From Octopus bimaculoides (Eukaryota), in assembly GCF_001194135.2 (NCBI RefSeq), contig NC_068996.1:47038512-47102511 (forward strand): a DNA stretch of 64,000 bases. Direction: 5' to 3'. The notes under the pieces were generated by a model that saw nothing but the letters and a program-made list of their open reading frames with translations, searched no databases and had not been told where the DNA came from. This document shows, in pieces, positions 52,990-64,000 of the stretch; position 1 is the stretch's first letter, and every line of letters begins with the position of its first letter. The translations under genes were made by a program, and so were the position numbers.

Positions 52990-55900
52990 ATTCATATTCT
53001 TTGCTGTCTGTAGTCACACTGACTAGCTGACAATGGTTCTGAACTATTAACTACACACCATCCCACATTGTTGTCATCTCTTCTTATACCATCCTTGCAA
53101 ATAATCAAACCATTTTCTGTATTTCTCCTCGTTAGGTGAAACTTATGAATATCCCCTGTTAGTCTGAGTGCTTCATGGTATCATCTTCAATTTCTGTATC
53201 TTTCTGTCTTTCTCCCGGAGATCACCTTCATTTCCTTTGAATATCCCTATTCTATAATTCATTCCAGACATTGTTCATATGTTTATCGCTAATCTCATGT
53301 TTCTTTGATTTTTAGCACAAATCTACTCTTCTCTTTGATTTTGTTGAATTCCTGTTGTATTCTTGTATCAATTTAACTCACTGTCTTTTATTACCACCCA
53401 CAAATGCTATACAATGTACTGGCACCATCTTTCCTCTTTTTATTATGAATATACCAAGGCAGTGAGCTGGCAGAATTTCTGGTGCATCAGACAAGATGTT
53501 TAGTTGTATTTCTTCTGGTTCTTTACACTCTGAGTTCAAATTATGCTGAGCTCTGCTTCACCTTTCATCCTTCTGGGGTTGATAAAATAAAGTGCCTGTC
53601 AAGTACTTTGGTTGATGTATTCAATTTGTCTCTTCCTCTTAAAATTGCTGGCTTCATGACAAAATTAGAAAGAATTGTGAGAATATCACAGTTTTAGTCC
53701 TGAATTCCAAGTCTTTGACTTCACCAAGGAAACAAACAGTCATAACTAAAGAATTCATCTGGTTGCCATCGTTCTGACTAGTTTGAGATCATTCATAAAA
53801 AAAGAAAAAGATGCTCCATTCATATTCAATTCTTGTCTTTTACAAGGTTGACATCATTGATACAAAATATAAAACAAGAAGGTGATGCACTGCCATCTTG
53901 GAAAATCCTTGTTCTTCTTTGAATTTTGCCAAGTACTTCTTCTCATGTTGTCAATTCAGTCTTTTGTAAATGCATAACAACGAACTCTATCATGTTATTA
54001 GCTAAACCAAATAGTTTCATGTGTTTCCCTATCTAAGGACAAAGTACCATATTGTATGTATTTTATAATCTAAATTTGTATCTAAATTGATATTAATTGT
54101 TGGTAAGGATACCATATTTTGTTATGCGACCATAATGTACTACCAGGTATATTAAAGGATTCTAAATCAATAGTGTGCCTCACCAGTGTTAGCAGTGCTA
54201 TTAAATCATATAAAATGTAGTAACACATGAGTGCTGGCTCTAATTTCTATAGAAAATCTGTAGAGATACACTTTAAAACTAAATTGTATGTCTTCTGTAC
54301 CAAGCGTTCAGTGTTGATTGCTTGCTCATTGCTCTACACCTGACCATTTATCTCTCTCTCTCTCTTTGTTTTTATGACGGCCTTTCCATTCATCAGCGAT
54401 TCATTCTAGTTAGTATTTACTGTGGAAGTGAATGCGGAAGTAAAAGATATCAACCACATTTCTTTTGCTGGATCCTTTAAGAATAAAATACTTTCCCCAT
54501 TCAGCATCCATGCAATTAGCATTTCTTTATCATTCAAGAACATATGTCTGTTATCTTTTACTTGTTTCAGTCATTGGACTGTGGCCATGCTGGGGCACCA
54601 CCTTGAAGGGTTTTAGTTGAACAAATCAATCCCAGTATATCTTTTATCTTTTACTTGTTTCACTCATTGGACTGTGGCCATACTGGTGCACCACCTTGAA
54701 GGGTTTTAGCTGAACAAATCAATCCCAGTATATCTTTTATCTTTTACTTGTTTCANNNNNNNNNNNNNNNNNNNNNNNNNNNNNNNNNNNNNNNNNNNNN
54801 NNNNNNNNNNNNNNNNNNNNNNNNNNNNNNNNNNNNNNNNNNNNNNNNNNNNNNNNNNNNNNNNNNNNNNNNNNNNNNNNNNNNNNNNNNNNNNNNNNNN
54901 NNNNNNNNGAAGGGTTTTAGTTGAACAAATCAATCCCAGTATATCTTTTATCTTTTACTTGTTTCACTCATTGGACTGTGGCCATACTGGTGCACCACCT
55001 TGAAGGGTTTTAGCTGAACAAATCAATCCCAGTATATCTTTTATCTTTTACTTGTTTCAGTCATTGCACTGTGGCCATGCTGGGGCACCACATTGAAGGG
55101 TTTTAGTTGAACAAATAAATCCCACTATATCTTTTATCTTTTACTTGTTTCAGTCATTGCACTGTGGCCATGCTGGGGCACCACCTTGAAGGGCTTTAGT
55201 TGAACAAATCAATCCCAGTATATCTTTTATCTTTTACTTGTTTCACTCATTGGACTGTGGCCATGCTGGGGCACCACTTTGAAGGGTTTTAGTTGAACAA
55301 ATCAATCCCAGTATATCTTTTATCTTTTACTTGTTTCAGTCATTGGTCTGTGGCCATGCTGGGGCACCACCTTGAAGGGTAGTTAGACAAATCCACACCG
55401 GTACTTATTTTTTCTAAAGTATGGCACTTACTTTATCAGTTCTTTTGCTGAACTGCCAAGTTATGGGAGCATAAACAAGCCAACAATGGCTGGAAAGTGG
55501 TAGTGAAGGTCAAACACAAACATAAAGATAAATACTCACCTCCACCCCATATTGAATGATTCCGGTCTGGAGACTTATATTCAGGTCTTCAAGTTTCTGT
55601 ATAAACAATACGATAATTGTTGAACTTCTTCAGCTTATCAAAAGCCCAATGCCTGTGGAAACATCAATCACAATCATAAAAACCATGCACTGCTAGTAAG
55701 AGAAACTCCTCTCTGATCATTAGAATGTTTGACCCTTCGGCCCTTTGGCAATTCGTATCACCCTGTGAAATGCAATGCTTATTCACATTGGTTTGAATTA
55801 ATCCTGCATTATTTTGTCGTCTAGAGATTTCAGTGATGTGACAGTATATTTTTTAGGCTAACCTTGTTGGGTAGGTGTTAGAGGCTGTATCTGGTCAGTT

Positions 55901-57290
55901 GGAACATAAAGCATACAGACTATTTTGGCTGGATATGCTAAAGGATTAAGGAAAACAGTTCTTTATGGCTTGATTGCCAGAAATTAGCAAAAATCAATTA
56001 TGTGTTGGTTGAAATAAATCATATATATAAATATAAAGTAATAAAATGAAAATAAAATATACATATAAATATATAAATACTACAATGATAAATAAATAGA
56101 TAAATAAATATATAAACAATAAAAAATGGTCCACACAGCTTCTTAAAAATTTTTTTAAAAAATGGTATATTAAGTTTTAAAATAGTATTACAAAATCTGG
56201 AACTTAAGAATTAAATATTAAGAGATATGAAATTTCCAAGAAACCCTAAAGGTTGGAGGATTAAAAAGTTTTAAATATTAAAAGTTAACATTGAAATTAA
56301 CAGCTGGAAATAAAAAATTTAAAATCAAAAGTAATTGAGTATTGAAAAAATCCAAAATTCCAAAGTGAAAAGTAAATAAAATAAATTTTATTTTTTCCTG
56401 GTCCATGATTTATTAATCATTCGAACCATTTAAACTTACCTGTTTCTGAACTTCCCTGTAAGATTTGTTGAAGTGTTCTTCATATTATTTATGTTCTGCT
56501 TCCCATCCCAGTTCACTATACTTCCACATTAATTTCAATTATCATTTGTATTCTTTTCTCCAAACACCTCTAGCATTTTTCTTTTCTACCATAGATTATT
56601 CTTAAAATGATAAATAAAATAATGAAAAAACATTTGTTGCTTCTTATATTGTTCAATGCCATCTCATTTGATAAAATTTATACTTGCAGCTCTCTGAATG
56701 TTTGTTTTTGGCTCTTTGTTAGTGATAATATAACGACTCCATTAATCTTCTTTGTAATCTCATTTAGCCAACTTCTTTCAACATTTTAAATGAATTGTGC
56801 CCATCAAAGCCATTGTTTTTCTTAATTTTAGCTGTCTGTGTCACTTCATCATTAACACTTCATCATTGTTACTTAATTCATTGTCACTCTTCATAAGTAC
56901 TTATCTTTTCCTCTGCTGTTTTTCATCTCCTCTACAGTTCCATTCTTTGTTTGTTTATCATCACTGTATTATTTTATTTCATCTTCACCATTCTTCTGTT
57001 CCTTATGCAAAGCCACTTTTTCCCCCTCATTATTTATTCAAGTCCTAATTCATTCAAATATCCATTTTTTCCATAATTTCCTTAGCTTGGTCACAAACAC
57101 CTTGTTCCAGTGCATCAAATATTCCTTTCTTTCCACTCTGAATATAATCTCTGCCTGCATCCCTCCCCATCTCTCTCTCTCTTTCCCCTTTCTCTGTAAT
57201 TTCATCTTGATTTACTGGGTTACTTCGATAAGATTTTATAGCAACTAGATTCATCTCTTTATTCTGTTCAGGAGACAATCCTATGTCTAA
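52990..57290 (-). mobile_element. Heavily decayed R4/Dong-like non-LTR retrotransposon, broken by younger insertions
   Basis: Minus frames give YNMVLCP*IGKHMKLFGLANN...RRTRIFQDGSASP (~54050-53850; compare YDMVPH..GIFQGDSLSP) and GDIHKFHLTRRNTENGLIICKDGIRRDDNNVGWCVVNSSEPL (~53170-53030; compare DVDRLY..R..GGRGLI...ENNLGWYV.NS.E.L). Confidence 0.55.
54553..55380. repeat. 93-bp minisatellite derived from the SINE tail end
   Basis: Phase markers at 54564, 54657, 54750, gap, 54961, 55054, 55147, 55240 and 55333. The last unit continues into the rest of the reversed SINE tail to ~55530. Confidence 0.92.
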
Positions 57291-58084
57291 GGCATTCAGA
57301 ACTCAAATGAGGACTTGATCCGAGAGCTTGATTCATGGTTGGATGAATTTCTTAGCATGCCATTACTAGCTTATATCTTCTGAATTATGTGTCTGTCAAT
57401 GTAGCACCTATTGAATCCTCTCAGTAACACCAAAGAATGTCAAATACCTGTCTATGCTGGGCAATTGTGTATTAGTTGAGAGGAAGCTCTATCTGTTGGC
57501 ACAGAGGTGAAATTTGAGCTCGGAAACACAAAGAGCCAAATTGCATAACATCTTACCTGAAACGTTAGTAATTCTGTCAGTCATCCACCCACTTTGACCT
57601 AAAGGTGAGATGAAGTTACCTTCTTGAGTCAATCTGATTCATAAGGGCCAGTTTCCTGGTTCCCATGGTGTATATATTCCCCACCTGGACAGGATGCTGG
57701 TCTGGCACAGAGTTACCGATTTTTCCCAGTTGAGTGGACTAGTACGATGTGAAATGGAGTGTTTTACTCAAAAACACAACATGTCATTGCCCGGTCTAGG
57801 AATTGAAACCACAATCTTATGATCATGAATCCAACACCCCTAACCACTAAGCCACATGCTTCCACTCACTCTGACCTAGTACTTTACCAATTCCAAAAGG
57901 ATGAAAGGCAAAGTTGACCTTGGCAAGAATTTTGTCCAAGAGCACAAAGTATTAGAATAAATTTATGGTAGTCTATCAGAAACTTTAACATCACTACCAA
58001 TTCCCATCAACTGCACCAATTTCACCATTCTTGGAAGATCTGAAAAATATTATGAACATTGTCACTTCTTTGGATAAATACTAT

Positions 58085-58515
58085 ATTTTATCTTTTACAT
58101 GTTCCAATCATTAAACTTGCAGCCATGCTGGAGCACCATCTTAAAGGATTTGGTTGAACAAATCAGCCACAGTACTTTTTTTTTTTTAAAGCATGGTATT
58201 TATTTCATTGCTCTCATTTTGCCAATTTGCTAAGTCACGGGAATGTAAACAAGCCAAAACCAGTTATCAGGTAGCAGTGGGCAACAAAGGCAATCACACA
58301 CACACACACACACACACATGTGCGCATGCACATACACACATATATACAATGGGCTTCTTTCAGTTTCCATTTACCGAATCTACTCACAAGGCTTTGGTTT
58401 TGACCTGAAGCTATAGTAGTAGAAAACACTTGCCCAAGGTGCTGCATGATGGGATTGAACTTGAAACCATGTGTTTCAGAAGCAAACTTCTTACCATGCA
58501 GCAGTGTCTGTGCCT
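58085..58515 (-). mobile_element. Older full-length microsatellite-centred SINE
   Basis: Reversed tail, (CA)n centre, reversed head. Confidence 0.8.
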
Positions 58516-58699
58516 ATAGCAAAACATTTACAATAGTTTCTTAATTACGTGGCTGCCGTATCTAATTATTAGTTGTTGTTTCAAATCAATTATTGAAAAC
58601 AATATACAATATCTTGTACAGTAATTGCTAATCTTGGCCCATATTTTGTTGTCAATGTCATCATTACTATTGTTACAGTAATTCCCAAAAGCAAATCAG

Positions 58700-58856
58700 T
58701 ATCAGCTTCATCATCATCATCGCCATCATCATCATCATCACCACCATCACCACCATCATCATTGTCATCATCATCATCATCATCATCACCATCTCCATCA
58801 CCATCATCATCATCATCATCATTGTCGTCATCGTCATCATCAGTATCACCATCATC

Positions 58857-58888
<32 letters not shown>

Positions 58889-58963
58889 TGTCGTCGTCAT
58901 CATCATCAGTATCACCATCATCATCATCATCATCATTGTCGTCGTCATCATCATCAGTATCAC

Positions 58964-59028
<65 letters not shown>

Positions 59029-59054
59029 TCACCATCATCATCACCATCATCATC
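58700..59054. repeat. Compound (CAT)n microsatellite with higher-order units
   Basis: The block cattgtcgtc..tcatcagtatcacc repeats three times. Confidence 0.9.
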
Positions 59055-59330
59055 NNNNNNNNNNNNNNNNNNNNNNNNNNNNNNNNNNNNNNNNNNNNNN
59101 NNNNNNNNNNNNNNNNNNNNNNNNNNNNNNNNNNNNNNNNNNNNNNNNNNNNNNNNNNNNNNNNNNNNNNNNNNNNNNNNNNNNNNNNNNNNNNNNNNNN
59201 NNNNNNNNNNNNNNNNNNNNNNNNNNNNNNNNNNNNNNNNNNNNNNNNNNNNNNNNNNNNNNNNNNNNNNNNNNNNNNNNNNNNNNNNNNNNNNNNNNNN
59301 NNNNNNNNNNNNNNNNNNNNNNNNNNNNNN

Positions 59331-59387
<57 letters not shown>

Positions 59388-59623
59388 TACAATTCTCATC
59401 AATTTTTGTTTGTAATTTCAAATTTCTTTGTTTCCTTGGAAACTATAGATATTTATTCTATGTATTTTCATATTTCATTTGTTTTAAATATTTTCAAAAT
59501 TTACATTGTATTATATTATATTACACTGTGTATTACATTTTTTCATATTGCATTCATTTTATCCCAGTCTTTCATGTATTGAGCAATTAAAGTTAATCAT
59601 GGTTGGATGTCTTGTGGATGTCT

Positions 59624-60205
59624 CATCATCATCATCATCATCATCATCGTTTAACGTCCATTTTCCATGCTGGCATGGGTTGGATGGTTTGACTGGGGAC
59701 TGGCAAGCCAGGAGGCTGCCCCAGGCACCAGTCTTATCTGGCAATGTTTCTACAGCTGGATGCCCTTCCTAATGCCAGCCACTCTGAGAGTGTAGTGGTT
59801 GCTTTTTACGTGCCACCAGCATGGGAACCAGTCAGGGGGCACTGGCATTGACCTCATTTTGGTGGTCCTTTTTACATGCTACCAGCATGGGGAGCCGGTC
59901 AGGTGGCACTGGCATCACCTACGGTTGAATGGTGCTTATTACATTCCACCAGCATGGGTGCCAGTCAGGTGGCACTGGCATCAGCCAAAACTACAGTTTC
60001 CATTTTGATTTCAATCTTGATTTGTTTTTGATGGTGATTTTTGTTTTACTTGACTCTCTAGGTCTTCTCAAGCATAGCGTATCGCCCAATGATTCAAAAG
60101 TACTTTTAAAATGGACTGGTTATGTGACACTGGTATAGCCTATGGTTGTGATCTCACTTTACTTGCCAGGTCTTCTCAATCACAGCATATCGCCAAAGGT
60201 CTCAG
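59624..60205 (-). mobile_element. 5'-truncated older RTE LINE: last codons, full 3' UTR, (GAT)n tail
   Basis: Minus strand DLWRYAVIEKTWQVK* near 60200-60160, then UTR tandem units and the aggaagggcatccagctgtagaaac motif. Confidence 0.8.
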
Positions 60206-60672
60206 TATATCTTTATAGGTTCAGTTGTAACTGTGTCGCCTTGAGGTTTGCTTCCTAACCACCTGGTTCCAGTGTTCAGTCCCACTGTGTGACACCTTGG
60301 GCAAGTGACTTCTACTATAGCCCCAGACAGGTCAAAGCCTTGTCAGTGGATTTGGTAGAAGGAAACTGATAAAAGCCCATGATCATGTGATCACATGACT
60401 GACCATTACTGGTTATAATGTGCTTTGCATCGTTTTAGCTTTCGAATGACGCCACCCCAATGGCTAGGCATGCAGGCCAACATTCCTCCCCTTTTCGGAA
60501 AAAGGGACTGAAGCAACATGAAAGGAAGTGTTTTGCTCAAGAACACAATGCATCACCCAGTCTGGGAATCAAACACATGATCTAGTAATCTATGACTGCC
60601 TAACCACTTGGCCATGCACCTTCACTGGATGCCCATCATCTGGGTATGTGTATGTGTGTGCATGTGTGTGTG

Positions 60673-60703
<31 letters not shown>

Positions 60704-60713
<10 letters not shown>

Positions 60714-60897
60714 ACTTGGGGATGGTCATATTGCCAGTTTAGCCAATAAAAACACACGCAATGTATATTTGGTGTTAATTTGCTTCAGCTTTATATTACA
60801 TTAATCTTAAAGCTGAAGCAAATTAACACCAAATATACAGTGCGTGTGTTTTTATTGGCTAAACTGGCAATATGACCATCCCCAAGTACAACAACAT
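60704..60897. repeat. 90-bp-arm near-perfect palindrome (1 mismatch, 14-nt loop)
   Basis: 60704-60793 is the reverse complement of 60808-60897. Confidence 0.95.
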
Positions 60898-60935
60898 CTG
60901 TTTCAACACACGATTTCACATAAAAAATCTTGCAA

Positions 60936-60980
<45 letters not shown>

Positions 60981-61005
60981 TTATAATATATATTATATAT
61001 ATATA

Positions 61006-61285
61006 TAATGAATGAGAGAAATGGAAAATGGATTTAGTAAGTATCTTTATTCAGCACAACAATTGCGTTTTGACCCATCTTGTATCTGTCCCTTACAGGT
61101 GGGATATACTACACCTGATTGTGTTGCATCCATCAGTGCTGGCTTTGTCTCATCAGGTGTTTAGTCACGTGATGGATGCAGCACAACTAGATGTACTGTA
61201 TTCCACCTGTGAAGGACAGATGCAGGATGAGTTGTGCTGAATAAAGATTCTTGCTAAATCCGTTTTCTGTTTTCCTCATTTATTA
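61006..61285. repeat. Imperfect fold-back with ~115-bp arms (MITE-like)
   Basis: Arms pair from the outer taatgaatgag.../...cctcatttatta inward to gcatccatca/tgatggatgc, with one 14-nt bulge in the left arm and a ~30-nt loop. Confidence 0.85.
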
Positions 61286-61509
61286 TTAAACTCAACAAAC
61301 ACTGTAGAACTTTTGATGTAGATCCAGTGACAATTATATCTTAACTGTGCATGACATCAGCTAATCTAAACGGTGAAAGTGGTCTAATCAGAATACTACC
61401 AGACATATACTCAGTGTCCAAATAATTACCTATATATATTATATTATATTATATTATATTATATTATATTATATTATATTATATTATATTATATTACATT
61501 ACATTACAT

Positions 61510-61540
<31 letters not shown>

Positions 61541-62519
61541 NNNNNNNNNNNNNNNNNNNNNNNNNNNNNNNNNNNNNNNNNNNNNNNNNNNNNNNNNNNN
61601 NNNNNNNNNNNNNNNNNNNNNNNNNNNNNNNNNNNNNNNNNNNNNNNNNNNNNNNNNNNNNNNNNNNNNNNNNNNNNNNNNNNNNNNNNNNNNNNNNNNN
61701 NNNNNNNNNNNNNNNNNNNNNNNNNNNNNNNNNNNNNNNNNNNNNNNNNNNNNNNNNNNNNNNNNNNNNNNNNNNNNNNNNNNNNNNNNNNNNNNNNNNN
61801 NNNNNNNNNNNNNNNNNNNNNNNNNNNNNNNNNNNNNNNNNNNNNNNNNNNNNNNNNNNNNNNNNNNNNNNNNNNNNNNNNNNNNNNNNNNNNNNNNNNN
61901 NNNNNNNNNNNNNNNNNNNNNNNNNNNNNNNNNNNNNNNNNNNNNNNNNNNNNNNNNNNNNNNNNNNNNNNNNNNNNNNNNNNNNNNNNNNNNNNNNNNN
62001 NNNNNNNNNNNNNNNNNNNNNNNNNNNNNNNNNNNNNNNNNNNNNNNNNNNNNNNNNNNNNNNNNNNNNNNNNNNNNNNNNNNNNNNNNCACCCCGTTTC
62101 TCTGTCCATACATTTCTTCCCTTCCGTATCTCTGTTCTGTCTTAAATCCATGATTATTTATGTATTTCTTTTCTCTACCTCACCCAAGTTATCGCCTTCC
62201 CCTCTACTCTCTTGAAGTTATGCTCCCCAACCCAAACCTGTCTGAAATTTTGTCTCTCCTCGCTTTAGAAATTACGATTTAGCTCTCATTTCTGTTACCG
62301 ATTTAAGCATTTAATCTAATGGTTTAAACACTGCTGTGTTTCTTTCAAATTTTTTTTCTAAGAACCCAAGGACTTTGACCAGCATGATGTACTACTGCCT
62401 GTTTCTCTCTCTCTCTCTCTCTGAATCACTACTTTCTTTCCCCCACTTCCCCTTCGACTCGTACGTGTCCCCAAACCTATTATAACCAGTTCACTTTCCA
62501 ACTTCATCCCAATTCGTAT

Positions 62520-64000
62520 TTGGAATTTCTATGCTGATAAAACCCACGACAAAGCTCTCTTAGCTTGCGGTACGCCTGATCTCCCACTCCCTCCACCAGT
62601 ACCGGAAGTTTAGATCATCTTCCATCCCTAGCTGTCTCCCGCGAACACTGCTAGTGACCTTATACCACCATCCCCTCTTATCGACCATATAGCGCATAAA
62701 GATTGGGTAGTATATGAAGGTTGTAGGTATTGTTTTGTTTATGAATTCTGCCAAATGCAAGCTTTCTTTTCAGGTACACGACACTGCTTTCCCCCATCCC
62801 AGGGTCACACGGGCCCACTCCTCTGGCACCCACTCCTCCCACACTGTCAGGATTGGCACTCTCAACGTCAGCACCCTGAAAGGTAGGTCTGGTGAAATTG
62901 TTGAGATGCTTGAACGGCGATGCGTAGATCTGTGCTGCATCCAAGAAGTAAGATGGAGAGGAGGTTCTGCGAGGTTCCTCACAGGCAAAGAACACAGGTA
63001 CAAGATTTTCTGAGCAGGGAACACTGACAGGGTCAGGGGCGTAGGAATACTTCTAGCAGAGAAATGGGTTGATAAGGTAATCGAGGTAATTAGAGTATGT
63101 GACAGAGTACTTAAGATTAGACTAGTGCTTCATCNNNNNNNNNNNNNNNNNNNNNNNNNNNNNNNNNNNNNNNNNNNNNNNNNNNNNNNNNNNNNNNNNN
63201 NNNNNNNNNNNNCAGACTGCTGGAGTTCTGTGATGCAACTGATCTTATGGTTTGCAATACCAACTTCAGGAAACCTGCCTGTCACCTAGTCACCTACCGA
63301 TCCGGCAGACGCTCTAGCCAAATTGACTACATCCTCGCCAGAAATAGGGAAAGAGGGCGGCTTATAAATGCCAAAACCTTCCCTGGCGAAGAATGTACAC
63401 CCCAACACAAATTAGTGGTTAGCGACTTCAGGATCAAGGCAAAATGGGTGCCCAGAAGTAGACCGGCTTGGAGGAGAAGGGTGTGGAAGCTTAAAGACCC
63501 TGCAAATGGACAGAGACTTAGAGACATGTTACTCGAAGCATTTGATGAAATAGAAGGGGATATAGCATCATACAACGTGGAAGACAATTGGAGATTTCTG
63601 CAGGACAACCTGCTGAGAGCCACCAACCAGATCTGTGGCTGGGGTAAAATCCCCTCTCGACCTAGAGTAACGTGGTGGTGGAACAAGGAGATAGACAGGG
63701 CTATTAGACAAAAGAAACAGGCTTGGAAAGACTGGAAGAACGGTGGTAGCAGGGAATTGTACCAATCTGCCAGAAGGGAAGCTAGGTGACAAGTTTATTT
63801 AGCCAGAGGGGAAGCAAATAAGAAAAGATTTGCCAATGTTCTGTGCCTTGAGGACCAAAGACTTGAGGTATTTCGTGTTGCAAGACAGTGTAGGAGAGAG
63901 AATAGTGATGTCGTAGGAGAGAAATGTGTTCGCATGGATGATGGTACGCTTGCATTAAATGAGGATGCAAAGAAAGAGGTCTGGAGATGCCACTACGATA
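62520..64000 (+). mobile_element. RTE-clade LINE, 5' part with APE endonuclease, defective, runs off the window
   Basis: VRIGTLNVSTLKGRSGEIVEMLERRCVDLCCIQEVRWRG...SQIDYIL...QHKLVVSDF...TWWWNKE. In-frame TGA at 63011 and 63787. The 5' boundary is approximate. Confidence 0.92.

Noticed and set aside
54553-55380. Regular array resembling CRISPR
   Set aside because: Units are fully repeated with no unique spacers, derive from a SINE tail, and there are no cas genes; eukaryotic context.
48035-64000. Final ABHD11 exon with the GHW.H motif
   Set aside because: Not found by eye; it probably lies beyond the window or in a gap. Exons with GHSMGG were likewise not seen in 1-6187.

Overview
AT-rich animal genomic scaffold with many N gaps, nearly all flanked by microsatellites. 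The repeat families look like those of Octopus (recognised from memory, not searched). The only host gene is ABHD11 (YbfF-like alpha/beta hydrolase, + strand). Two canonical coding exons (6188-6358, 47853-48034) are joined in frame by a ~41.5 kb intron; the upstream exons and the last exon are not visible. The rest is a layered transposon landscape: Tc1 and mariner relics, TTAA-type MITEs, RTE LINEs and their 3'-UTR-only copies with (GAT)n tails, a decayed R4/Dong-like LINE, several tRNA-derived SINE families and many Penelope-like element (PLE) fragments. The most notable hidden layer is RNA structure. There are about ten minimal type I hammerhead-ribozyme-like motifs: one looks fully intact, and a three-copy family has an unusual CUGUGGA core. 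There are also several long fold-back palindromes, and a SINE whose central microsatellite repeatedly acts as a landing pad for other elements. No prokaryote-type system (CRISPR etc.) is present, and almost all ORFs in the track are microsatellite or N-gap artefacts.
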